Assembly (NCBI GenBank): GCA_965208835.1 | Contig: OZ242358.1 | Span: forward strand, 2,784,001-2,848,000 | DNA length: 64,000 nt | Reading direction: 5' to 3' | From: Candidatus Latescibacterota bacterium | GTDB lineage: Bacteria > Latescibacterota > UBA2968 > GCA-2709665 | Shown here: positions 1-9,153 of the stretch, one piece after another | Layout: each line of letters begins with the position of its first letter | How positions within the stretch are numbered: the first letter of the stretch is position 1 | Made by a program: the position numbers and the translations under genes | The notes under the pieces: model-generated | Databases searched by the model: none | What the model saw: the letters and a program-made list of their open reading frames with translations, nothing else | Told to the model about the DNA's origin: nothing

Positions 1-1
1 C

Positions 2-1825
2 AAGATCGCGCTTCAATGCGGCGGATCGGACGCCTTTTCCGGCGTATCGGGAAACCCGCTGGCGTCATGGGTCACCCGAGAGATCATCCGGTACGGAGGC
101 TCGGCAAACCTCGCGGAAACGGACGAACTGATCGGCGCGGAACCCTACGTGCTGCAGAACGTCAAGGATCTCAATACGGCCCGCCGCTTTCTGGAGCGCG
201 TGGAAGCCTACAAGAATCTCGCGGCGTGGCACGGTGCGACCGCCGAAGGCAATCCTTCAGGGGGCAACAAGTTCAGGGGCATCTATAACATCGTGCTGAA
301 ATCCATCGGTGCCGCCATGAAGCGCCATCCGGAGATTCGACTCGACGGCGTCCTGGACTACGGCGAGCCCATGCACGAACCCGGGTTTCACTTCATGGAC
401 AGTCCCGGGAATGACCTTGAAAGCATTGCGGGACAGGTTGCATCGGGATGCAACCTCATCTTTTTTATAACAGGAAACGGCTCCATCACCAATTTTCCCT
501 TCGTCCCCACCCTGAAAGTCATTACGACGACGAACCGTTTCGAACTCCTGGACAACGAAATGGACGTCAACGCGGGCGCCTATCTCGACGGAACCTCACT
601 GGACACGCTGGGAATGCGGATGACGGATCTCACGCTTGACGTCGCGTCGGGCACAAGGAGCAAAGGCGAACGTGCGGGACACTCGCAGGTATCCATCTGG
701 CGGAACTGGCGACAGACCGACCCGGATAACGTCGAAGGTCTCCGAGCGCTCCCGCAGCCGTCCGGGAAGCCCATAACCGCCGGCGCAGGCCAGGACGCGC
801 TGCGTGGCGAATTCCGCGGCATCGTCACGGAGAAGGGCATCGCCACGGACCAGGTCGGTCTGATCCTTCCGACCAGCCTTTGCTCGGGCCAGATCGCCAG
901 GATGGCCGCAGACCGCCTCGAGCAGAAAGAGATTGGAAAAGACCGGGGTATCTCACGGTACGTTGCGCTCGTTCACACGGAGGGCTGCGGCGTGGCGGGC
1001 GATGCGACCGAGAAGATGTTTTCTCAGACGATGCTCGGCTATCTCAACCATCCCCTCGTCAGGCACGCGGTGCTGCTGGAACACGGATGCGAAAAAACCC
1101 ACAACGACTATCTTCGACACGAACTCGAACGCAATGGCATCGACCCCGCTCGCTTCGGGTGGTATAGCATACAGCTCGACGGAGGGCTCGAATCCACGTT
1201 TCGCAACGTGGAATCCTGGTTTGCGGGGAAAGTGGATAGAGATCGTCCGCCAGTATACAGACAATCGGATCCGTCGGCATTATCGGTGGGGATCCTGTCC
1301 GAGGGCAGGGTTGACGACGCTGCCTCGGCGATGTTTGCGACGCTCGTATGCCGGTTGGTGGGAGCGGGCGCGAGGGTCGTTGCGCCCGACAACTCCGCAC
1401 TGCTCTCGTCGGCTCCGTTTTCGGATGCGGTGCTGAAAAACACATCCCGGAGTCCCTCTCTCGGGTACGGCCAGACGGCGCAGCTCCCGGGCTTCCACAT
1501 TATGGAAACGCAGACGGACCATTGGGTCGAGACGCTTACCGGCCTTGGCGGTACGGGCGCGCAAATCCTGATCGCGCACGTGGCCGAACACCCGATGCAG
1601 GGGCACCCGATGCTGCCGGTGCTGCAGACCAGTACGGAGCCGTCGGTGTGCGGGGTTTATGCGAGCGATCTGGACCTTGCACTCTCCGGCACGCCGGCGA
1701 AAGACGCCGAACGGATCGCCGGGTTATTGCTCGAAACTGCCTCGCGAAACTACATAACGGTAACGATGAGACAGAAAAACACGGATTTTCAGTTTACTCG
1801 AGGGCTGCTCGGCGTCTCGATGTGA
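2..1825 (+). CDS. UxaA/GarD-family (altronate/galactarate dehydratase-like) protein, 5'-truncated by the window edge, with an internally duplicated second UxaA module
   Basis: Frame is open from nt 2: KIALQCGGSDAFSGVSGNP, GNPSGGN, MDSPGND, FITGNGS (UxaA C-terminal domain). It then has PTSLCS, HTEGCG, NHP..LLEHGCE (a second UxaA middle domain). Confidence 0.85.
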   Translation, partial: KIALQCGGSDAFSGVSGNPLASWVTREIIRYGGSANLAETDELIGAEPYVLQNVKDLNTARRFLERVEAYKNLAAWHGATAEGNPSGGNKFRGIYNIVLKSIGAAMKRHPEIRLDGVLDYGEPMHEPGFHFMDSPGNDLESIAGQVASGCNLIFFITGNGSITNFPFVPTLKVITTTNRFELLDNEMDVNAGAYLDGTSLDTLGMRMTDLTLDVASGTRSKGERAGHSQVSIWRNWRQTDPDNVEGLRALPQPSGKPITAGAGQDALRGEFRGIVTEKGIATDQVGLILPTSLCSGQIARMAADRLEQKEIGKDRGISRYVALVHTEGCGVAGDATEKMFSQTMLGYLNHPLVRHAVLLEHGCEKTHNDYLRHELERNGIDPARFGWYSIQLDGGLESTFRNVESWFAGKVDRDRPPVYRQSDPSALSVGILSEGRVDDAASAMFATLVCRLVGAGARVVAPDNSALLSSAPFSDAVLKNTSRSPSLGYGQTAQLPGFHIMETQTDHWVETLTGLGGTGAQILIAHVAEHPMQGHPMLPVLQTSTEPSVCGVYASDLDLALSGTPAKDAERIAGLLLETASRNYITVTMRQKNTDFQFTRGLLGVSM

Positions 1826-1838
1826 CCGTTGCGAAACG

Positions 1839-1873
1839 GGCGGCACGCGATACGTGTGCCGCCGGTCTTTTTG
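1839..1873 (+). terminator. Rho-independent terminator
   Basis: GGCGGCACGCG-ATA-CGTGTGCCGCC stem followed by GGTCTTTTTG, just after the stop at 1825. Confidence 0.7.
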
Positions 1874-1894
1874 CTTTGCTCGTTCGTCGGTCTG

Positions 1895-2182
1895 TTATTT
1901 ATCGTCAATCCAGCCCTGTAGCGCCGCCGCGATCTTTCTTCCCTGTTGGAGACTCGAAATATTGAACTTGCTTCGCGGTATATATGTCCCGTCTCGCTTT
2001 TGAAATCGGCGAATCGTCACTTTCTCAGGCCCATATTCACCGGATTGCCGGTTCAGATCCTGGTACAGGAACATTACGGTTGCCCACGCCCCGCGTGAAA
2101 GCACCTGCCTGTCCAGTTCCTTGCAGAGCAGTACACCGTTTTCTTCATAGTTGACGCTCAATTCATCCACGGATTCCGCCAT
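1895..2182 (-). CDS. Conserved-looking hypothetical protein (95 aa)
   Basis: AAGGAGG RBS upstream of the ATG, protein-like composition, fills the intergenic gap. Confidence 0.75.
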   Translation of the reverse strand: MAESVDELSVNYEENGVLLCKELDRQVLSRGAWATVMFLYQDLNRQSGEYGPEKVTIRRFQKRDGTYIPRSKFNISSLQQGRKIAAALQGWIDDK

Positions 2183-2307
2183 CGGTTCGCCTCCTTTTCG
2201 CGACGTCAGTTTGCACCGGTTGGCGTTCGGCCCACACCGACCACCGGGACGGGGCTGGGCGACCCGTCCATCAGGCGTTGACAGTTTTTTCGAAGAGGAC
2301 TCCGCCC

Positions 2308-3171
2308 ATGAGACTCGGCATTGTCGGCATGCTGCCCGGCGACCTCCGGAATTTTACCGGGAACCACTTTGAAGCGATTCGTGAAGGGGGATTCACGGGG
2401 GCCGGCTTTCACCTGCCCGGCGAACTGTTGGATGAAATCTCCGGCGACGACACGGCAAGGTGCAGGCGGCTGTTCACGGAATATGAAATCGATTTCGCGC
2501 AATTCGCCATCACGTATGGTGATTGTCTCTTCGATCCGGACCCGGTGGCACGCTCGCGAGCCGTCTCGAAGGTGATCGGGGGCACCGCGCTCGCTGCGCG
2601 CCTCGGCGCCGACTGCTACCTGATCAGGCCGGGAAGCCTCAACCCCGCCGGCCCATGGACACCCCACCGTGCCAACCACACGCCTGAAGCACACGCGCTG
2701 CTGATCCGTACGCTGCGCGAAATCGCACGCCGGACTGCGGCACTGAACATCGTTACGGTCGTGGAGACCCACGTCGTTTCGATACTCAACACCCCGTCGG
2801 TCTGCCGCCGTCTCATCAAGTCGGTCAACTGCGCGAACATAAGGCTGGTGATGGACTACGTCAATCACTTCGAATCGATCGACCAGGTCTACTCTGACAC
2901 CGAACGCCTGAACCACATCTTCAAGACGATCGGACCACTGGCGCCCGTCTGTCACGTCAAGGACATTACCGTCGGCAATCGTCTGGTAGTCCATCTGGAA
3001 GAGACGGTTCCGGGCCTCGGCGAACTGAATCTGGCCCTTGCGCTCGGGCTTTTCCAAACGCATCATCCCGAGGGTTACGCGCTGATCGAACACCTCGGTC
3101 CGAATCTGATTCCGCTCGCCGCCACCAACGTTCGGGAAATTTCGAAGCGCGCAGGCATTCCGATTTACTGA
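2308..3171 (+). CDS. Sugar phosphate isomerase/epimerase (xylose isomerase-like TIM barrel)
   Basis: VETH, MDYVN, HVKD, PGLGELN and IEH metal-binding pattern; RBS GAGGA before ATG 2308. Confidence 0.85.
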   Translation: MRLGIVGMLPGDLRNFTGNHFEAIREGGFTGAGFHLPGELLDEISGDDTARCRRLFTEYEIDFAQFAITYGDCLFDPDPVARSRAVSKVIGGTALAARLGADCYLIRPGSLNPAGPWTPHRANHTPEAHALLIRTLREIARRTAALNIVTVVETHVVSILNTPSVCRRLIKSVNCANIRLVMDYVNHFESIDQVYSDTERLNHIFKTIGPLAPVCHVKDITVGNRLVVHLEETVPGLGELNLALALGLFQTHHPEGYALIEHLGPNLIPLAATNVREISKRAGIPIY

Positions 3172-3246
3172 ACCCTGACGTCTCGCCTGTAATCGGGTAC
3201 ATCGCGGTCGATGTCGTTCACGAGCATCAGGGCGGGTACACCGGTG

Positions 3247-3459
3247 TTAATCCTTTCGCCTGAACTTCAACCGCCGGATGCAAGCGCCCACGGCAAGCCC
3301 GATACTGGCGCCGATCGACACGCCCGCACTCACCCACAGTCCAAAGTCGCCGCTGCCAACGCCAAAGACGGAGCCCGCGCCGGCACCGACGCCCGAACCG
3401 ACCGCCATCCACTTTCCGATCTCACGTTGTCCATTTCCGGCGTCCCCATTCCCGGCCAT
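3247..3459 (-). CDS. Small glycine-zipper membrane protein (70 aa)
   Basis: AAAGGA RBS; MAGNGDAG...GSGVGAGAGSVFG...AGVSIGASIGLAVG with GxxxG repeats and a basic C-terminal tail. Confidence 0.65.
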   Translation of the reverse strand: MAGNGDAGNGQREIGKWMAVGSGVGAGAGSVFGVGSGDFGLWVSAGVSIGASIGLAVGACIRRLKFRRKD

Positions 3460-3757
3460 GGCGAATCCTTTCACGAGACCGCATCGCCTGCAGACACGCG
3501 AAATATACCGGGCGGGACCGACGCGGACAAGCCGAAACCGACTCCGGCAACGAATCGATAATTCCTTTGGCAACGCCTGCGAAGGGGTTGCAGTCATGGA
3601 CGTGAGTTCCGACTCCTGAACGAAGCGGGATTTCGTTGCCGGGCGTTTCTCCGGCTTCCTCTCGCGACGAAATGCAGAATGCGCCGTCAACGTCCGACAA
3701 CCTTCCGCCTTCGACGAATCGAGCAGTGGACGGAAGCTTGCCCGAAAGGAGCGACGA

Positions 3758-4615
3758 ATGCAACCCGAACTGATCGCGGACTACCACTGTGAGACCGGGG
3801 AAGGACCGCTCTGGCACCCGACGGAAAAAAGGGTCTACTGGACCGATATTCCCGCGGGCCGCGTATTCCGCTACGACCCGGCCACGGGTACCCACGAAAT
3901 CTGTTACACGGGAGACGTCGTGGGCGGATTTACGTTGCAGGCCGACGGATCTCTGCTGTTCTTCATGGAACGGGGTGCGGTCAAGGTCTGGCGCGACGGC
4001 GAACTCACCACGGTGATCAACGAAATCCCCGATGAGCGCGAGACCCGGTTCAACGACGTGATTGCGGATCCCGAGGGCCGCGTTTTTTGTGGCACCATGC
4101 CCACGTCGAGGCGGCCGGGAAGGCTCTATCGACTGGACACGGACGGCACGCTTCACCTGGCCCTGGAAGACGTCGGAATTTCCAACGGTATGGGATTCAC
4201 CGCAGACCGCAGAACCATGTATTTTACGGACACGCCCTCCCTGAACATCTACAGGTTCGATTACGATCGACACACCGGAGACATTGCGAATCGAGGGGTA
4301 TTTGCACGGGCTGCGGAAAACGACGGAATGCCGGACGGCATGACCGTGGACGCCCTCGGGTACATCTGGTCCGCCAGATGGGACGGCCGCTGCCTCGTAC
4401 GCTACACACCCGACGGCGTCGAAGAAAGGCGCATCCCGTTTCCGGTCAGGAAGGTATCCAGCCTTACCTTCGGCGGCGAGGACTACACGGACATCTACGT
4501 CACGACCGCAGGCGGAAATATCAAACACGAAGACGGCGAACACGCGGGGGCGCTGTTCCGCCTGAACCTGGGCATCCGCGGCGTTGAAGAGTTCTATTCG
4601 CGGATCTGGTTGTAG
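3758..4615 (+). CDS. SMP-30/gluconolactonase/LRE family protein (sugar lactonase)
   Basis: GEGPLW, RFND, SNGMGF, PDGMTVD motifs; AAAGGAG RBS. Confidence 0.93.
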   Translation: MQPELIADYHCETGEGPLWHPTEKRVYWTDIPAGRVFRYDPATGTHEICYTGDVVGGFTLQADGSLLFFMERGAVKVWRDGELTTVINEIPDERETRFNDVIADPEGRVFCGTMPTSRRPGRLYRLDTDGTLHLALEDVGISNGMGFTADRRTMYFTDTPSLNIYRFDYDRHTGDIANRGVFARAAENDGMPDGMTVDALGYIWSARWDGRCLVRYTPDGVEERRIPFPVRKVSSLTFGGEDYTDIYVTTAGGNIKHEDGEHAGALFRLNLGIRGVEEFYSRIWL

Positions 4616-4677
4616 AGCTTGTGACAGCCGCGCGCATCACGCAGGGACGACGCCTGTGTCACCCCTTATTCAACGAA

Positions 4678-4709
4678 AAAGCCTGATATGCAACGACATA
4701 TCAGGCTTT
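4678..4709. terminator. Probable bidirectional terminator between convergent genes
   Basis: Perfect 13-bp stem AAAGCCTGATATG-CAACGA-CATATCAGGCTTT with A/T flanks. Confidence 0.7.
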
Positions 4710-4768
4710 GTTCATTCAATTATCAAAGGTTATCCAGAAACGGAAATCCGACGTGGAGGCTTACGGCC

Positions 4769-5554
4769 TCAACCCCGCGCCAGGTCCCGGTAGGCCCTGA
4801 AGAGGTCCGCGTAGTACGCCGCGAACATCCACCGGTCACCGACGCCCCGATCGGGGCTCCGTTCCGCCTCGGCTGACATGTATCCCGCGTATTCCTTCTG
4901 ATGAAGCAACCGGAACAACTCCCGGTACGGATACCCCTGGCCGGCCAGATCGTGCATATGCACGTGATCCAGCCAGGGCCAGACCGTGTCGAGCGCCTGC
5001 TCAACCGAACCGTCAACCACGTCTTCGGCCACCGAGTTCCAGATCAATCCGAAATTCTCATGGTCTACCTTTTCGGCTACCGACCGGCATGACCGCCAGT
5101 CGAATTCGCCGTGAAGTTCCAGACACGGCCTGATGCCCCTTTCGACGCCGTACGCACAGAGTTCCTGAAGCGAGTCGGCCACCTGCGCGATCGTCTTCTC
5201 TCTCGGCACGTCCTTCGGGAAGTTGTTCCCGAAGACCCTCACCCTGGGCGCGCCCAGATCCGCCGCGAGATCCATCCGCACCTTTGTCTGGTCGATCTGG
5301 TCTCGAAGGTCGGTCGCATCCTCATCGTGATACCTGTTTCCCGTTGCAACGCTGATGATTTCAATGCCGGCCGCTGCGCAGTCGGCCACGACCTGCCCGC
5401 GTCCGGCGTCGTCCAGTGACGCCTCCACGCCGTGCCCGTGACCCAGGTCCGTCCGGAACTCGACGCCCTCGACATCGTGGTCACCCAGCGTCTGCAGCAA
5501 GTCCTGGCGCGAAAGGTCCTTCAGCACGCCATATGTCATCCAGGATAGTTTCAT
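4769..5554 (-). CDS. Sugar phosphate isomerase/epimerase (TIM barrel)
   Basis: GVEFR, RVRVFG, LELHG, HVHMHD, SAE motifs; GAGGGGAG RBS. Confidence 0.85.
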   Translation of the reverse strand: MKLSWMTYGVLKDLSRQDLLQTLGDHDVEGVEFRTDLGHGHGVEASLDDAGRGQVVADCAAAGIEIISVATGNRYHDEDATDLRDQIDQTKVRMDLAADLGAPRVRVFGNNFPKDVPREKTIAQVADSLQELCAYGVERGIRPCLELHGEFDWRSCRSVAEKVDHENFGLIWNSVAEDVVDGSVEQALDTVWPWLDHVHMHDLAGQGYPYRELFRLLHQKEYAGYMSAEAERSPDRGVGDRWMFAAYYADLFRAYRDLARG

Positions 5555-5598
5555 CTACAACTCCCCTCCTCTGAGGCTAACGTGGACAAGGGTTCACA

Positions 5599-6324
5599 TC
5601 AGACCACCGGCTCCTTGCCGATCCTTGCAAATCCCTCGGCATACCTGCAGTCGCTCATCCCGGCCATATGCTGCGCCTCGATCGCGCGGTACCGGTTCAG
5701 AACCGTATATACCTCCGGCAGGGGCGGCTGAGCGGCGAGTTTCTTCAGCGCTTCGATCTTCTGCTCGAACACCGACGAAATGTCCACGTACAGGTCAGGA
5801 ACGAAACCCGAGACCGGAGACGTCCCCATCGTGGTTTCGTAGCATATCACAAGCGGCCTGGGGCACGGAGAATTGCCCGTCCTGACTCCCCCTGCATTGC
5901 AATAGGAACACGCCCACAGCGCTGCCTGCGTGGTCTCCACGTGGTCGGGATGCATGACATCGTTGATCCAGTGACTCAGCACGAGATCCGGCCTGAATCG
6001 TCGAACCGCGTCCAGCAGCTGCAACCGGCGGTCAGGCCCCAAAACCAGCGGGCTGTCTCCGAAATCGAAGCAATCGATCGTCGCCCCCAGGATCCCGGCG
6101 GCGGCCTCGAATTCCTCCCTTCGCCTCGCCTTGACATCCTCCAGCGCCAGGTCCGGATTCTTCACCCACAATGCAGGCGACTCACACCGCTCTCCATAAG
6201 TCAGGTTGTGGACGTGTACCGTACCGCCTGCGTTCACGAAACGAATGATGGCACCTCCCGCGCGAGAACAGAAGTCCGCCGCATGGGCGCTGAACACCAG
6301 CACTCGCATTCCCTCCCGGATCAT
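5599..6324 (-). CDS. PIG-L/LmbE-family metalloenzyme, GalB (4-oxalomesaconate hydratase)-like
   Basis: SAHAADFCSRAGG, GERCES..LW, HPDH; resembles the GalB SAHSADFVWRAGG/GERGES pattern. Start set at ATG 6324. Confidence 0.8.
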   Translation of the reverse strand: MIREGMRVLVFSAHAADFCSRAGGAIIRFVNAGGTVHVHNLTYGERCESPALWVKNPDLALEDVKARRREEFEAAAGILGATIDCFDFGDSPLVLGPDRRLQLLDAVRRFRPDLVLSHWINDVMHPDHVETTQAALWACSYCNAGGVRTGNSPCPRPLVICYETTMGTSPVSGFVPDLYVDISSVFEQKIEALKKLAAQPPLPEVYTVLNRYRAIEAQHMAGMSDCRYAEGFARIGKEPVV

Positions 6325-6442
6325 ACCGTTCTCCCTGAAATGGAGCTTCGTCCGACATCGGTTTTCACGCCCGGAAACGGGCGGGCGACCCCGGCTCGAG
6401 GCCGTGTCGCTGTCGTGCACGCGGCTTCAGGATCCACCGCCA

Positions 6443-7195
6443 TTATTCATTGTCTCCATACTCCGGCAGGGTTCCGTCGTCTTTCGGCACGTATCCCAGC
6501 ATCTCTCTCGCATTCGACAGATCCCATTTCTTCTCGCTTCCACCCGACACACCGTAGAAGATCCCGAACCCGACGTGGTCCGCTTCGATGGACCTCCAGA
6601 CCAGTTGCGCCAGATCCCCCGGACTGAGCCAGCGGGAATACCCGGGCTCATATTGTCGCCCTGGACCATCCTCCCCGTTGAAGTTCGCCACCCGAAGGCA
6701 GATGACCCGTATACCGTGCCGCTCGGCATAAAATCTGCCCAGGGCTTCGCCAAAGGCCTTTCCCGCGCCGTAAACGCCGTCCGGCCTTACCGGGCTCTCC
6801 GGGGTGGAGACAAGCCCTTCTTTCTCGTACAACCCCGTGACATGATTGGTACTTGCGAAGACAACAACGGGCACTTCGTTAATGCGCGCAGCCTCCAGGA
6901 CATTGTACACGCCCGGAATATCGACTTCGAAGGTCGCCTTCGCGACGTCTTCCGGTGTCATGCCGCGCCACCGCCGGATGGCCAGGTGCACGATGGCGTC
7001 CACGTCCAACCCGGCTTCGACCATCGCCGCGTCGTCCGCCACGCTGCCGACGACCACCTGGTCTTCCGGATGTACGTCGTCCGGTACCGTCGCGTGCAGC
7101 AGGAACCGGAAGTCGTATCGTGCTCTCAGCCGGGACCTGAGGCTGGTACCGAGCGAACCGGCCGCGCCGGTCAGGAATATCCGTTTCTTCCCCAT
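6443..7195 (-). CDS. NAD-dependent epimerase/dehydratase, uronate dehydrogenase-like
   Basis: TGAAGSLG Rossmann motif, ASTNHVTG, YGAGK, WLSPGDL. Confidence 0.85.
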   Translation of the reverse strand: MGKKRIFLTGAAGSLGTSLRSRLRARYDFRFLLHATVPDDVHPEDQVVVGSVADDAAMVEAGLDVDAIVHLAIRRWRGMTPEDVAKATFEVDIPGVYNVLEAARINEVPVVVFASTNHVTGLYEKEGLVSTPESPVRPDGVYGAGKAFGEALGRFYAERHGIRVICLRVANFNGEDGPGRQYEPGYSRWLSPGDLAQLVWRSIEADHVGFGIFYGVSGGSEKKWDLSNAREMLGYVPKDDGTLPEYGDNE

Positions 7196-7477
7196 GGCGA
7201 GGGCGGATCCTCCGGCGTGGAATTAACCTGACAGACTGTGCACAATATCTGACCCCTGGATTGCGGGGAGACGATTGCCATGATCCGACTCACGTAACCG
7301 GAATGCCGATGACGCAACGTCGAATCGGACGGAGTAGACGCGAATCCTGAAGATAGCGCCTCCCGGCCGCAGACGCAATACCCATCCGCCCGTCTGAGAC
7401 GCGACCGTTGTATGAGGTCTGGTTTATGTATATCTTCAATCCGCATGACGAACCCAATCGATCACTTTGGAGGTACT

Positions 7478-8239
7478 GTGACACCGATCGACATCCAATG
7501 GATTCTCAGCATAACCCGAAAGGCGGGAGATATCGCGCTTTCCCACTTCGGTAGGACGAAAGGGACGCTCAAGACCGACAACTCCTGGGTCACGCAGGCG
7601 GACGTGGACGTCGAAGCCTATATCAGAAAAGAGCTCGAATCCAGGCGACCGAACGATGCCATACTTGGCGAAGAGGGCGCCGATCCGCCCCCGGCGTCGC
7701 CCGTCGTCTGGGCGATCGATCCGATCGACGGAACGCGAGCGTTCAATCACGGCCTGCCGGTGTGGGGCGTCTCCATCGGCGTGCTCGAAAACGGCGAGCC
7801 GACCATGGGTGCGTTCATACTACCGGTACTGGGAGACGTCTACTACACGGACGGCACTTCCGCCTTCTGCAACGGGCGCGCGCTCTCACCCCGGACACCC
7901 GCACTGGACGCCAATGCCATCCTGCTCGTCAGCGAAGGCGCATTCAAACGTCTCAGGATCGACTATCCCGGCAAAACCCTGAGTCTCGGGTCCGCAGCCG
8001 CCCATCTGTGCTACGTTGCCAGGGGCTCCGCGGTCGGCGCCTTCGACCACGCGTCGATATGGGACTATGCCGCCGGCGCGGCCATCCTGAAAGCGCTGGG
8101 CACACACCTGCGGTACCTATCGGGAAGGGAGGTGGATTTCGAGGAATTATTCAGCGCAAAGGCCGCGCCGGAACCCACCCTCGCATCAACGGACCTCCAC
8201 TTCAGGTCCCTGCAGCGCGCGTTTCAGCGCGCCGGATGA
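7478..8239 (+). CDS. Inositol monophosphatase family protein
   Basis: VTQAD, LGEE, IDPIDGT, WDYAAG motifs; GGAGG RBS before GTG 7478. Confidence 0.92.
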   Translation: MTPIDIQWILSITRKAGDIALSHFGRTKGTLKTDNSWVTQADVDVEAYIRKELESRRPNDAILGEEGADPPPASPVVWAIDPIDGTRAFNHGLPVWGVSIGVLENGEPTMGAFILPVLGDVYYTDGTSAFCNGRALSPRTPALDANAILLVSEGAFKRLRIDYPGKTLSLGSAAAHLCYVARGSAVGAFDHASIWDYAAGAAILKALGTHLRYLSGREVDFEELFSAKAAPEPTLASTDLHFRSLQRAFQRAG

Positions 8240-8350
8240 CTCCCGCGGCTTCAATCGGTGCAAGCCGGAACCTCCGGTCAGCCTGTTGGCGGGAACGTAC
8301 GACCCGGCCGTTAAATTCCGACAGTCCATCTCCGTGATGGAAGGCTAACC

Positions 8351-9103
8351 CTAGAGACCGTAGATTCTCGCCAGATTCTCCCCGAAAATCAGCCGCTCGG
8401 CATCCTCTCCCAAATGCAGCCTCTGGATCGCCCGCTTCACCTGGACGGGTCGATATTCCGGCAGATTCGAGCCGAAGACCACACGTTCCGGCCCCAACCT
8501 CTCCACCGCCGTTCCGACCTCCATGGGAACGGTCTCCTCCGGGTTGTCCGCCCACCTCTTGTGGAAACGCAGAATCGTCGTACCCATGTATACGTTCCTG
8601 TGTTGCAGGCACACCGACAGCGCCGCGTCGAAGTGGTCCGGGAAACCCATGTGGTCAAGGATTATCGCTGTTTCCGGAATGCGCGCCGCGATCGCGCCGG
8701 CCCGATCGGCGCTGCAGTTCTCCACCCCCGTATGGATTGAAACGACAATGCCCAGTTCCTGTGCGGCGTCTGCGAACGGAAAGACCATTGGATCGTCCAC
8801 CTCGAACTTGTGGATCGCGCCCATCAGCTTCATGCCCTGAGCGCCGCGGGACACGTAGTCCCTCAGCAACGCAACGCCACGATCCCCCCAGTGCGGATTC
8901 ATCATCACGCAGGGCAGCAGGTTTGGATGGGCCCCGGTCCGTTCCAGCAGCCCGTCGTTGTCAGGATCCTCCTTCGCATCGGGCATGACCACCGCCATAT
9001 CGATGTCCGCTTCCGCCTCACACTCCAGCAGTGCGGCGACGGACATGGGGCGGCCGTACCAGTCTTCCGCCAGATAGGCCTCGAAATCGCCCGTAATAGC
9101 CAT
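8351..9103 (-). CDS. Amidohydrolase_2 family protein
   Basis: GMKL, IHTG, LDHMG, VVFGS, IFGENLARIY. The N-terminal HxH motif is replaced by DFEAY. Confidence 0.85.
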   Translation of the reverse strand: MAITGDFEAYLAEDWYGRPMSVAALLECEAEADIDMAVVMPDAKEDPDNDGLLERTGAHPNLLPCVMMNPHWGDRGVALLRDYVSRGAQGMKLMGAIHKFEVDDPMVFPFADAAQELGIVVSIHTGVENCSADRAGAIAARIPETAIILDHMGFPDHFDAALSVCLQHRNVYMGTTILRFHKRWADNPEETVPMEVGTAVERLGPERVVFGSNLPEYRPVQVKRAIQRLHLGEDAERLIFGENLARIYGL

Positions 9104-9153
9104 GCCTTGCCCTCCTTTTTCCGCCTTCGCGTTCGTTCACAGTTTGACGGCAT

